Shown: positions 49,654 to 59,163 of the stretch, piece by piece | How positions within the stretch are numbered: position 1 is the first letter of the stretch | How the letters are laid out: each line of letters begins with the position of its first letter | Assembly: GCA_965247115.1 (NCBI GenBank) | Contig: CBDFGR010000003.1 | Coordinates: 1,184,001 to 1,248,000 of the forward strand | DNA: 64,000 bases | Direction: 5' to 3' | From: Myxococcota bacterium | GTDB taxonomy: Bacteria; Myxococcota_A; UBA9160; SZUA-336 | Position numbers and translations under genes: made by a program | Notes under the pieces: model-generated | Told to the model about the DNA's origin: nothing | The model's input: only the letters and a program-made list of their open reading frames with translations | Database searches by the model: none

Positions 49654-52600
49654 TCAGAAGCGCTGGCGCCAGTAGACGAGGTCTACCGGATTGGGCAGCA
49701 GACCCGGAGCCCCGATCGACACGATGTGGCCCGCCGACGTTTTCAAGAAGATCTGCACGCCGCCGTCCAGCGAGTTGGAGACGGTGAGGCGGGGATCCGA
49801 CGGGACACCCAGCCCCGACGTCACCCGACGACCCTGGTTCGAGGAAGTCGCCGGATCGAAGAAGCCCTGGCCGGTGGCCAGGTCGAAGACGTGGGCAAAA
49901 GCCTGACCGTCCGCATCGCAGACGCTGCCCGTCCCGTCGTCCGGGAGGTAGCTCGTGGTAACGAGGACTCCGCCGAACGCAGCGTGGTTGGTGATGAACT
50001 TCTCGCCGTCCTCTGCAATGAAGTAAAACCCCAGATCGGTCAGGTCCGGATCGGACGTAAGACCCGTAATGTCGGTCAGGTTCGCCTCGGTGAATGGAGC
50101 CACGGGGACGGAACCCACCCCGGTGGGATTCGGGTCCTGAATTACGTAGAAGCGATTGTTGTCGTCCACCCCGGGATCGCCCTGGTAGACAATGTCGGTA
50201 CGCTCGCCCGTCGCGAATCCCAACGTGAGCTTGCCGGAGAGGTACGTCACTACGGGAGGAAAGAAGATGCCGCGATGGTGCAAGGCGCCGCCCGACACGA
50301 GCTGCGAATCTGCCCGGAATACAACACCAGCGGGCCACCCGTCGAAGAGACCGTCGATGTCGGTATCTTCGGCGATCCTGGAGATGTCCCACTTCCAGAG
50401 CTGGCCTCCCGCATCACCGATGTAGATCAGGTCGGCGAAGCTATCGAAGTCCAGATCGAGGACAGCGGGCGTGCTCGGCAGCGCGTAGAGCATCTGAGAA
50501 AGCTGAGCATCGCTCCCATCGTATGAGACCTGTGCGAGAACCTGGCCCGTGTCCAGGGCAACCATGAAGATCGCCTTGCTGTCATCGCTCCAGCTCGCAG
50601 CTGTGGGGTCGGACACGTACGTAAGTAGGTTGGGGTCACCCGCCGCGCGGAAGCCGCCACCGAAGATCGCGACCCACTGCTCGCGACAATCACCATCGTC
50701 CGCCGTGTTCTTTCCGCAGTGGTCTCCGAAGCCAACTGCGGCTTTGACCTTGATTCGCGTGATGATCGGTTCCGACCAGGACTCGCCAAGCGGGATGCTG
50801 GGGTCGTACAGCTCCCAGAGGAGCTTCGGGTAGGGACCGTGCGGTCCCCCGACCGCCGAGGGGTCCGTGACGTCGAGGGCGAGGTAGCCATCGCCACCCT
50901 GACGCATCCCCGTGACGAGAACCGTTGTCCACTCGGTCCCGTCCTTCGTGGTGTCTGCCGGCGAGCTCGCGAGCCAGGCATCGGCGGCGGATGGACTTCC
51001 GTCCACGTAGTACTCGCTGCGTGGGTAGTTTCTCGGGATCAGCTTGAGCTTTGGCACCAGGAAGCCCGGAACGTATGCAAAGTCTTCGTTGCCGGTCCCC
51101 AGGTCGTAGTAGTCGGTCTCGACCTCGGGCGTCGCCAGGTTGTCGCCAAACCTGTAGTCGCCCGCCTCGATAGCATGGAGCATCCCATCGTTCGCGCCAA
51201 CGTAGAGACGACGAGTCCGATTCTCGTACGTGTTGAGAAAAGTCCCAGGCTGAGCGAGCGGACCGTAGCCTTCTTCCCCGCGGAAGCCTGAAGGAGGCGG
51301 ACCAATCACGAGAGGGTTCGAGTGAAATGTGTCGCCGAACACCCACTCTCGGAGCTCCGATGTGTTCAGATCCAGGTCGAAATCGAAGCTGTCCTGACCG
51401 TAAAGAAAGTCCACGAGCTCGCCAGCCAGGGTAGCCGTGTCCGGGAACGGAACTGCTGGATCATTCGGATACAGGCCCAGCTCCGCCGGGGTCAGGCCCA
51501 GGTCCGCATCGCTGATCGTTGCCTTCGTGAAGTCGGCACGGACGCCGCCCTGGGTCGTGTAAATGCGTCGTGCGGGATGCGCGGGGTCGAGCAAGCGCTC
51601 ATAGACATCCCAGAACGGGTTCCTTGGCTCGATGAACGTATCCGTCGCATCGATTGCGGGATTGCCGTCCTTGTCCACCACCTCGAGCGAGGGCGAGAGG
51701 CGGTACGCCTCCAGGTGTCCCTCCCAGAGTCCGCGTCCGACCCTGGGGATAAACCACGCGGAGAACATGCCGTCCCCAAAGGCCGTACGGCTCGATGGGA
51801 CAGTCGAGGCTGTGAACGACGCGGCACGCTCCAGAATATCCAGCAGCGCGGCCTCGAGCGTCGCGGCCAGCTCGTTAGCGGTCCGCGCATTGTAGTACTC
51901 GCCCGAGCTGTTCAGCGCGGTCTCGCGAAGCAGTGGGTGATCAAACGTGAATCCCACCGTGTAGGTGACGATGTTCTGGGGCCCAGGCAAGTCGGGGCGA
52001 AGGTCGTTCTCGTACAGGTGGTACCCGACGTCGTCCAGCCAGTCTGTGCCGAGGGACTGGTAGGGAGGCATGTCGATTCGCCCGGTGTACTCGTCCGGCG
52101 ACTCGTTGGTGTCAACGTCAGCATTCCCGATCGCGCACATGAAGCCACCCGTGCCGCCAGGGTTGTGGTCGAAGTTGTCCATCGTGGGGGCGCCATCCGT
52201 GAGCACGACCACGAAGTTCTTGCGGCACGGGCCATCCTCCATCGGGTTCGAATTCCCGATGTTCCCGTTGGCCGCGCAGTTCCCGACGGAGTTGTCACCG
52301 GACATGTACTCGGCTACGTCGACGAGGGTCTCAGCCAGGGGGGTCCAGCCGCCAGGTTGCGTGTTGTTGATCCGAGCCACGAGCGAGTTCTTGTTTCCTG
52401 TCCCGATCGGACCGTCTATAGTCCCGCCGTTCGGATCGTTCCCCGAGCCGAACTTCGTCAGCCCGAAGCGCACGTTCTCGTTGAAGCCGTCGGGGTTGAT
52501 GAGATCAATCAGCTGCAGGAGCGCAGCTCTTGCCGTATCAAGTCTGTCCTGCGTCGGGATCGCAGGCGTAGTGCCGCTGATGATCTGTGTGAAGAGCCAG

Positions 52601-53064
52601 CTCAAGTAGTTCTTCGACCAGAGTGTCCGTGTGCCACCTGCCGTGAACTCGGGCAGCGTAAAGCGGTACTGTTGTCCCTGCGCCGAACAGGACCAGCCCG
52701 CCGGGGCAGCGGCGCAGCCCAGCGGAATGGAGGTCTGGGAGCAGCTGACACGGTCCCCGGAGTCGAGCGAGCTTCCGCTATCGGGGCAGCGGTCGAACGG
52801 GTCTCCAATGCCGGGACAGAACCCATCCGATCCGGCCATGGCCGGCACAGGTCCGATGTCGCACTCCGCGAGGACTGCGCCCATGTCGTGGAAGAGGTCC
52901 GCGTCGAAGGCGTCGTACCACATCGCGTGCGCCATCGAGCCAGAGTTGTCCAGAAGCAGCATGACGTTTGGCGGGACCACGGAGGTGACCAGATCGAGGT
53001 CGGACTGGCCGAGCGCCCGCGTGGGCACAGCAAGCAGGAGGAGTAAGACAAGTAGGCCCCTCAT
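49654..53064 (-). CDS. pilY1: Type IV pilus tip adhesin PilY1/PilC with vWA domain, copy 2
   Basis: LLDNSGSM MIDAS, TPLAETL, VLTDG; propeller motifs LYVGANDGMLHA and YYVDGSP; YWRQ end. Confidence 0.92.
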   Translation of the reverse strand: MRGLLVLLLLLAVPTRALGQSDLDLVTSVVPPNVMLLLDNSGSMAHAMWYDAFDADLFHDMGAVLAECDIGPVPAMAGSDGFCPGIGDPFDRCPDSGSSLDSGDRVSCSQTSIPLGCAAAPAGWSCSAQGQQYRFTLPEFTAGGTRTLWSKNYLSWLFTQIISGTTPAIPTQDRLDTARAALLQLIDLINPDGFNENVRFGLTKFGSGNDPNGGTIDGPIGTGNKNSLVARINNTQPGGWTPLAETLVDVAEYMSGDNSVGNCAANGNIGNSNPMEDGPCRKNFVVVLTDGAPTMDNFDHNPGGTGGFMCAIGNADVDTNESPDEYTGRIDMPPYQSLGTDWLDDVGYHLYENDLRPDLPGPQNIVTYTVGFTFDHPLLRETALNSSGEYYNARTANELAATLEAALLDILERAASFTASTVPSSRTAFGDGMFSAWFIPRVGRGLWEGHLEAYRLSPSLEVVDKDGNPAIDATDTFIEPRNPFWDVYERLLDPAHPARRIYTTQGGVRADFTKATISDADLGLTPAELGLYPNDPAVPFPDTATLAGELVDFLYGQDSFDFDLDLNTSELREWVFGDTFHSNPLVIGPPPSGFRGEEGYGPLAQPGTFLNTYENRTRRLYVGANDGMLHAIEAGDYRFGDNLATPEVETDYYDLGTGNEDFAYVPGFLVPKLKLIPRNYPRSEYYVDGSPSAADAWLASSPADTTKDGTEWTTVLVTGMRQGGDGYLALDVTDPSAVGGPHGPYPKLLWELYDPSIPLGESWSEPIITRIKVKAAVGFGDHCGKNTADDGDCREQWVAIFGGGFRAAGDPNLLTYVSDPTAASWSDDSKAIFMVALDTGQVLAQVSYDGSDAQLSQMLYALPSTPAVLDLDFDSFADLIYIGDAGGQLWKWDISRIAEDTDIDGLFDGWPAGVVFRADSQLVSGGALHHRGIFFPPVVTYLSGKLTLGFATGERTDIVYQGDPGVDDNNRFYVIQDPNPTGVGSVPVAPFTEANLTDITGLTSDPDLTDLGFYFIAEDGEKFITNHAAFGGVLVTTSYLPDDGTGSVCDADGQAFAHVFDLATGQGFFDPATSSNQGRRVTSGLGVPSDPRLTVSNSLDGGVQIFLKTSAGHIVSIGAPGLLPNPVDLVYWRQRF

Positions 53065-53606
53065 CGGTACGTGTCCGATCCCTCGCTGACCCGATACTGA
53101 GCCTGGAGCTCGGCTCTCCCTCCAACGGGATCCGTCGCGACGAGGTCCGTGCGATAGATGCCAAAGGAGAAGGTGTTCCCCGTATTGAGGTTGAGCTGGT
53201 CTCCGTCGCGGCGAGCGCGCCCTACGAACTGGATCACCTGAGGTGCTGCGTTGTTGGCCGTGCCCGTTCGCACCTGGGTGTAGAACCCAGCGCTGCTCTG
53301 CACAAACTGGGAATCACTCAGGGGCGTGATGTCCGGGTATTGGGTGTCGCCGATGTGGAGCTGGTCTCTGACAAGGCTCAGGGCGCCATCCGCTGCGAAG
53401 AAGGTCCGGAGCTTGCGGGCGGTTCGTCCGCCGGCCGTCGCCTCACCCTGGGCGCTCTGAAGGGCGCTCAGCCCCACGGCGCTGATCAGGAGCAAGATGA
53501 TAACGCTGAGAAGCAGCGCGAGGCCCGCCTCGCCGGGGCGACGCGCGGCGATCGTGTGGCGGAACTCGAATACGGGTGGGCCCGGCTTCCGAGGCTCGAG
53601 CATCAT
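53061..53606 (-). CDS. pilX: PilX-like minor pilin, copy 2
   Basis: Prepilin site EAG|LALLLSVIILLLI, FFAADGA; ATGA coupling to pilY1. Confidence 0.85.
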   Translation of the reverse strand: MMLEPRKPGPPVFEFRHTIAARRPGEAGLALLLSVIILLLISAVGLSALQSAQGEATAGGRTARKLRTFFAADGALSLVRDQLHIGDTQYPDITPLSDSQFVQSSAGFYTQVRTGTANNAAPQVIQFVGRARRDGDQLNLNTGNTFSFGIYRTDLVATDPVGGRAELQAQYRVSEGSDTYR

Positions 53607-53609
53607 CCG

Positions 53610-53714
53610 CTCCCTTCGGTAACCGTTCGACCCGTCCAGACAGCATGAGCTGCGCTGGGCTAGGGCACTGGCTTTGCGTCACCGCCTTACGACGGCTTTG
53701 CCCTTGTCGAGGAG
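53610..53714 (-). ncRNA. c-di-GMP-I (GEMM) riboswitch
   Basis: AAGGGCAAA-GCCGTC-GTAA-GGCGGT-GACGCAAAGCC...CGGTTACCGAAGGGAG. Confidence 0.92.
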
Positions 53715-53795
53715 TAGGCAGGGCGCACCTGCCCGACTCGTTGTAATTCTCCCCAAGAGCCACGGCGTCCAGGGGCCGCCGGACTCATCTGCGCT

Positions 53796-53824
53796 ATTTC
53801 GGTGACACGCGAGTGGATCTTTAG
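53796..53824 (-). promoter_or_regulatory. Sigma28/FliA-like promoter
   Basis: CTAAA-N16-ACCGAAAT. Confidence 0.6.
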
Positions 53825-53928
53825 TCAGCGCGGACACCTGCGCGAACTCGCGTGGTTCCTCCGCCCGTTGCCGTCTTGGGAGGCCCGAAGTTGGGGAGTC
53901 GGGCAAGTATTTGGATTGGGAAGCACGT

Positions 53929-54216
53929 CTAATCGGCCTCCGGGTCAAGCTCGATGGAAGTGGCAAGCAACTGACCACCCGATCGCTTGAAGCTGACCAC
54001 CACGCGCGCCCCCTCGGAGAGCTCGTCCAGGTCGTATACCTTGGCCGGGACGTAGAACTTCATGGGTCCCACATAGAAGGTGCGAGCGTGCGGGTGAACC
54101 TGGTTCACGAGGCCGGAGACGGGCCGCTCAGCCTCCGCTCCGTGGGCAGCTCCGATTCCGCCTGCAAGGCTGAGGGCGAGTGTCAGAACGGCAGCTAGAA
54201 GCCATGGTTTGCGCAC
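53929..54216 (-). CDS. Small secreted protein (OB-fold-like), copy 1
   Basis: Signal peptide, ERPVSGLV...FYVP..VYDL..L..G..VVVSF. Confidence 0.8.
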   Translation of the reverse strand: MRKPWLLAAVLTLALSLAGGIGAAHGAEAERPVSGLVNQVHPHARTFYVGPMKFYVPAKVYDLDELSEGARVVVSFKRSGGQLLATSIELDPEAD

Positions 54217-54232
54217 GGTCTCCCTCCTCTGC

Positions 54233-57200
54233 TCAGAATCGCTGACGCCAGTACACGAGACTCACGGGGTCGGGCCACAGGTCGTCAGCGTCAATGGAGA
54301 TTAGCTGTCCCGAGGACGACTTCAGCAGGATCTTCACGCCGCCCTCGACCGAACTCGAGACGGTGATCCTCGGATCCGAGGGCACGCCAAGACCTGCATC
54401 GGTGCGGCGAAGGTTGGGATCGAAGAAGCCGAGTCCGGACTCGATATCGAATATATAGGCAAAGGACTGACCCACGGCGTCGCAGATATCACCGGTTCCA
54501 TCGTCGGGCTTGTAGCTCGTCGTGATGAGGATCCCGCCGAAAGCAGCGTGGTTCGTAATGAACTTCTCGCCGTCCTCGGCGATGAAGTAGAACCCGAGAT
54601 CCGTCGGGTCACTGTCCGCAGGGAGACCCGTGATATCCGTGAGATCGGCCTCCGTGTATGGCACCACCGGCACGGACGTGACGCCTGTCGGATTCGGATC
54701 CTGAAGCACGAAGAATCGATCGTTGTCATCGCTGGCGGGATCACCCTGGTAGTCGAGCTGGGTTCGCTCCCCGGTCCCGAAGGCCAGTACGAGCTGTCCC
54801 TTCAGGAACGTGGCAACCGGCGGAAAGAAGATGCTCCGGTAGTGCAGGCCGCCGCTCGAGACGTTCTCGGGCGGAATCTGAAACAGCACGCCTCCGGGCC
54901 AGTTGTCGAAGAGCCCATCGCTATCCGTATCGTCCGCAAGCTGCGAGATGTCCCACTTCCAGAGCTGTCCGCCCACATCGCCGATGTAGACCACGTCTGC
55001 GAAGCCGTCGAAATCGAGGTCCAGGACGGCTGGCGTGCTGGGCAGCGAGTAGCGCATCTCGGCGAGCTGAGGATCGGCTGGATCGTAGGCGAGCTGCGCC
55101 AGAACCTGACCGGTAGCGAGGTCAACCACAAAGATGGCCTTGCTGTCGCCGCTCCAACTGGGATCGGCCGGATCCGAGACGTAGGTAGGGAAGTTCGGAT
55201 CGCCACTCGCACGGTACCCCCCGCCGAACACCGCGACCCATTGCTCACGGCAATCGCCGTCGTCACCGTCCGCGCCGCAGTGGTCGCCAAAGCCCGTACC
55301 TGCCCTGACCTTTACCCGCGTGATGATCGGCTCCGACCAGGTCTCTCCCAGTGGGACGGTCGGATCGTCAAGCTCCCAGAGGAGCTTCGGATACGGACCG
55401 TGCGAGCCGCCAACTGCAGCGGGATCCGTGACGTCGAGCGCGAGATACCCGTCCCCACCCTCGCGCATTCCCGTGACCATGACCGTCGTCCACTCGTCGG
55501 GCTCCTTGACGGTATCCAGCGCGGAGCTCCCGAGCCAGGCATCCGCAGCAGACGGGCTGCCGTCCACGTAGTACTCCGTGCGCGGGAAGTTCCGCGGGAT
55601 CAGCTTGATCCTATCCAGGAGGAACCCTGGGATGTACGCGAACTGCTCGTCACCGCTGCCCAGGTCGTAGTAGCTGGTCTCGATCTCCGGCGTAGCGGGG
55701 TTGTCGCCGGAGTTGAAGTTGCCTGCCTCGATAGCGTGGAGCATGCCATCGTTGGCTCCGGCAAAGAGACGCCTCGACCTCTCCTTGTAGAGGTCGAGGA
55801 AGGTCCCGGGTTGGGCGAGCGGACCGTAGCCCTCTTCTTTCCTCAGGCCGGGCGGTGGCGCTCCGATCACGAGCGGGTTCGAGTGGAACACGTCGCCGAG
55901 CACGGCATCGCGCAGCTCAGAGGTATCCGCGTCCCTGTCCTCATCAAACGTGTCGTGTCCGTACAGGTAGCTCACCAACCCGTCGGCCAGCGCTTCGGTG
56001 TCTGCGAAGGGAACCGCTGGGTCGTTTGGATAGAGACCGAGCTCGGAAGTCTGCAGAGCGAGAGCTGTGGCGTCGATGGTCGTGGTGTTGAAGTCCGCTC
56101 GGATTCCCATCTCTGTGGTGTATATCTGCCGAGTCGGATGGGAGGGGCTCCGAAGCCGATCGTGCACGTCCCAGAACGGATTGTGCGGCTCGATGAAAAC
56201 GTCTGTCGCGTCGATGGCCGGATTGCCGTTGCGGTCGAGCACTTCCAGCGCCGGGGACAGCCGGTATGCCTCGATGTGACCCTCCCAGAAGCCGTTGCCA
56301 GGCCGGGGCATGAAGGAGGCCACGAACATGCCGTCTCCGAAGGCCGTGCGACTTGACGGAACGGTCGTGGCAGCGAAGGACGTGGAGCGCTCGATGATGT
56401 CGACGAGGGCCGCCTGGAGCGTCGTAGCAAGCTCACTCGCGTTGCTCGCCACGAAGTACTGCCCGGTGCTGTTGACTGCCGTGTCGCGAAGCAACGGGTG
56501 ATCGATGGTGAAGCCGACCGAATAGGTCACGATGTTCTGCGTGCCCGTCAGGTCGGGGCGCAGATCCGTGTTGTACAAGTGGTAGGCAACGTCATCCAAC
56601 CAGTCTGTTCCGTCGGACTGGTAGGGAGGCATATCCGTGCGTCCGCTGTACGCGTCGGGGGACTCGTCCGTGTCCCCGTCCGCGTTGCCGATCGCGCAGA
56701 CGAAATCCGCGGTGCCAGGGCCGTTCCGGAAGTCATCCCTGGTGGGCTCGCCATCCGTCAGGACAACCACGAAGTTCTTCCGGCAGTCGCCATCCTCCAT
56801 GGGGTTGGACCCGCTGATGCTGCCCGACGCGGAGCAGCTGCCAACGGAGTTGTCTCCGGACATGTTCTCTGCAATGTCGACGAGGGTCTCTGCCAGAGGG
56901 GTCCAGGTGGTGGGATCGGTGTCCTCGATTTCGTCGATGAGCGAGGACTTGTTTCCGCTCGCGATCGGCTCCCGGATGTAGCCGCCACTTGGCTCACTGC
57001 CCGAGCGAAAGTTCGCGAGCCCAAAGCGGACAGCTTCAGGCTGCCCGTCGGGATTGATCAGGTCGACGAGCTCGAGGAGGGCGTCCCGCGCCGTATCGAT
57101 CCGGTCCACGTTGGGGATTGTCGGGGTGTTCCCGTTGAGCAGCTCCGCGAAGAGCCAGCTCAGGTAGTTCCTTGACCATCGTGTGGTGCCACCACTCGTG

Positions 57201-57616
57201 AACTCCGGCAGCGTGAAGTGGTAGCGCGACCCCGTAGAGCAGGACCAGCCGGCCGGTGCAGCAGAGCAGCCCCCTGGAACCGTACCGAGGTCGCAGTGCA
57301 CGTGACTGCCGGAGCTCTTCCTGTTCCCGTTGTCGGGACAGCGGTCCAGGCTGTCTCCGCTACCGGGGCAGAACCCGTCCGAGCCCGCAATCGCCGGGAC
57401 CGAGCCGATGTCGCAATCGTTCCGAACCGCTCCCACGTCGTAGAACACTCCCGGGTCGAAGTCGCCGTGCCACATGGCGTGCGCCATCGAGCCGGAGTTG
57501 TCCAGAAGGATCATCACGTTCGGGGGCACGGCCGTGGTGACCAGGTCGAGGTCGGACTGTGCCTGGGCACTGCCGGCTGCGAGAACCATGAGTGCCGCGA
57601 CGAGCGTGACTCTCAT
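54233..57616 (-). CDS. pilY1: PilY1/PilC with vWA domain, copy 1
   Basis: Collinear paralogue of 49654..53064. Confidence 0.92.
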   Translation of the reverse strand: MRVTLVAALMVLAAGSAQAQSDLDLVTTAVPPNVMILLDNSGSMAHAMWHGDFDPGVFYDVGAVRNDCDIGSVPAIAGSDGFCPGSGDSLDRCPDNGNRKSSGSHVHCDLGTVPGGCSAAPAGWSCSTGSRYHFTLPEFTSGGTTRWSRNYLSWLFAELLNGNTPTIPNVDRIDTARDALLELVDLINPDGQPEAVRFGLANFRSGSEPSGGYIREPIASGNKSSLIDEIEDTDPTTWTPLAETLVDIAENMSGDNSVGSCSASGSISGSNPMEDGDCRKNFVVVLTDGEPTRDDFRNGPGTADFVCAIGNADGDTDESPDAYSGRTDMPPYQSDGTDWLDDVAYHLYNTDLRPDLTGTQNIVTYSVGFTIDHPLLRDTAVNSTGQYFVASNASELATTLQAALVDIIERSTSFAATTVPSSRTAFGDGMFVASFMPRPGNGFWEGHIEAYRLSPALEVLDRNGNPAIDATDVFIEPHNPFWDVHDRLRSPSHPTRQIYTTEMGIRADFNTTTIDATALALQTSELGLYPNDPAVPFADTEALADGLVSYLYGHDTFDEDRDADTSELRDAVLGDVFHSNPLVIGAPPPGLRKEEGYGPLAQPGTFLDLYKERSRRLFAGANDGMLHAIEAGNFNSGDNPATPEIETSYYDLGSGDEQFAYIPGFLLDRIKLIPRNFPRTEYYVDGSPSAADAWLGSSALDTVKEPDEWTTVMVTGMREGGDGYLALDVTDPAAVGGSHGPYPKLLWELDDPTVPLGETWSEPIITRVKVRAGTGFGDHCGADGDDGDCREQWVAVFGGGYRASGDPNFPTYVSDPADPSWSGDSKAIFVVDLATGQVLAQLAYDPADPQLAEMRYSLPSTPAVLDLDFDGFADVVYIGDVGGQLWKWDISQLADDTDSDGLFDNWPGGVLFQIPPENVSSGGLHYRSIFFPPVATFLKGQLVLAFGTGERTQLDYQGDPASDDNDRFFVLQDPNPTGVTSVPVVPYTEADLTDITGLPADSDPTDLGFYFIAEDGEKFITNHAAFGGILITTSYKPDDGTGDICDAVGQSFAYIFDIESGLGFFDPNLRRTDAGLGVPSDPRITVSSSVEGGVKILLKSSSGQLISIDADDLWPDPVSLVYWRQRF

Positions 57617-58155
57617 CTGTACGTGTCAGCTCCCTCGCTGACCCGGTACTGCGCCTGGAGCTCGACGCTTCCCCCCACAGGATCCGTCGCGACGACTTCC
57701 GTGCGATAGATTCCGAATGTGAAGGTGTTGCTCGAGTTGATGTTCAGCTGATCGCCGTCCCTGCGTGCACGGCCAACGAGGAGGATCTCCTGAGGCACGG
57801 CGCTGCTCGTGCTCCCGGTTCGAACCTGCGTGTAGAGGTCCGCGCTGTTCTTCAAGAACTGCGAGTCATTCAGCGCCGTGATGTTCGGGTACTGGGTATC
57901 GCCGATCGTGAGCTGATCCTTGACCAGGCTCAGCCCCCCGTCGGCGGCGAAAAAGGTTCGGAGCTTGCGGGCGGTCCGGCCACCTGCGCTCGCCTCGCCC
58001 TGGGCACTCTGGAGGGCACTGAGACCCACGGCACTGATCAGGAGGAGAATGATGACGCTGAGAAGAAGAGCGATGCCGGCCTCGTCGCGGCGGCGTGTCT
58101 CGAACTTCTTGTGGCGCTCAACGGGTGGGCTCGGCTTCCGAGGCACGAGCATCAT
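57613..58155 (-). CDS. pilX: PilX-like minor pilin, copy 1
   Basis: EAG|IALLLSVIILLLI. Confidence 0.85.
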   Translation of the reverse strand: MMLVPRKPSPPVERHKKFETRRRDEAGIALLLSVIILLLISAVGLSALQSAQGEASAGGRTARKLRTFFAADGGLSLVKDQLTIGDTQYPNITALNDSQFLKNSADLYTQVRTGSTSSAVPQEILLVGRARRDGDQLNINSSNTFTFGIYRTEVVATDPVGGSVELQAQYRVSEGADTYR

Positions 58156-58159
58156 CCGG

Positions 58160-58252
58160 TCCCTTCGGTAGCCGTTCGACCCACCCGCCTGCGCAGGCTA
58201 GGGCACTGGCTTTGCGTCACCGCCTTACGACGGCTTTGCCCTTGTCGAGGAG
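58160..58252 (-). ncRNA. c-di-GMP-I (GEMM) riboswitch
   Basis: Same core as 53610..53714 with a shorter P3 tip; ends CGGCTACCGAAGGGA. Confidence 0.92.
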
Positions 58253-58333
58253 CAGGCAGGACGTACCTGCCCAACTCTGTGTGATTCTCCCAACGAGCCC
58301 CGGAACCGCAAGGCACCTTGACTCACGTGCACT

Positions 58334-58362
58334 GTTTCGGAGACACATGCTGCGATCTTTAG
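58334..58362 (-). promoter_or_regulatory. Sigma28/FliA-like promoter
   Basis: CTAAA-N16-TCCGAAAC. Confidence 0.6.
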
Positions 58363-58569
58363 CCAACGCCCGACAGGCTGGGGAGCCGTACTGTCCCCAG
58401 ACCTCTTGCGCGCCCGCGAAACTCCCGATGTCGACGTAACCGGCAAGAAGGTGAGTCACCCCATTGTGGAGCGCCAGGTTTCGGCCCTCCGCCGCGTCCC
58501 GGGCCTCGAAGATGGGGTCATGCCCTCCCCCAAGTGTGAGCTTGCCTTCACGCCCGATTTCTTCCGCAG

Positions 58570-59115
58570 TTCCGAACTCCTCGAACAGAGACACGCACGG
58601 TTAGGCGTCTTCCCAGCCCGCGCCGTCGAGTGCCTGCAGTCCCACTAGGTAACAGCTGTAGCGATCCGCGATCGTGAGCGGATAGCAGGAGCCCCAGGAC
58701 CCGGACTGGCTCTGTAGTCCGCCGTCCCGGCGTTTCGCCGGCGAGCTCCAACCAGCAGCTTGCGTGGTCCGCACGTAGGATGACGGCGACGGGCTGCGAC
58801 GAGCGCCTGCTCCGCAGCCTTCGACATTTGGTGCGGGCAGTGGTGCGGAGCTCGGCCTCGGTCTTCCAGCCCCGCGGCTCCTTGCTCGCGGAAGCGGTGG
58901 ATCCACTTGTAGCCCGTCTGGCCGCTCACCCCAAAACGCTGACACAGCTCGATCATGGTGTAGAGCCTGCTCTCGTAGTCCGCGATGGACCGAATCCTCT
59001 CTTGCACGGCTGACGTCTCCGCCCAGGGCATCGCTGCCCCCTTTGCCAGAACCCAGCGAGGAGAGTGTCAGCGATGTTCTGGTACTGGAATGTCAACCAC
59101 CTACCAGGTCTGTAC
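58570..59115 (-). pseudogene. IS481-family element remnant with internal deletions
   Basis: MPW...ELCQRFGVSGQTGYKWIHRF...GLEDR.RAPH HTH region; out-of-frame CYPLTIAD.YS.YL; two TGTCA-initiated repeats at 59066-59115. Confidence 0.85.
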
Positions 59116-59116
59116 C

Positions 59117-59145
59117 TTGACAGAATAAGTAGAAGGCCCTATTCT
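59117..59145 (+). promoter_or_regulatory. Near-consensus sigma70 promoter
   Basis: TTGACA-N17-TATTCT, 19 bp before the RAYT start. Confidence 0.7.
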
Positions 59146-59163
59146 ACACCAATTGGTGATTGA

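Noticed and set aside
53610..58252. c-AMP-GMP (GEMM-Ib) assignment for the pilX riboswitches
   Set aside because: The position-20 equivalent is G (AAGGGCAAA) and C92 is present, which is the c-di-GMP-type pocket.
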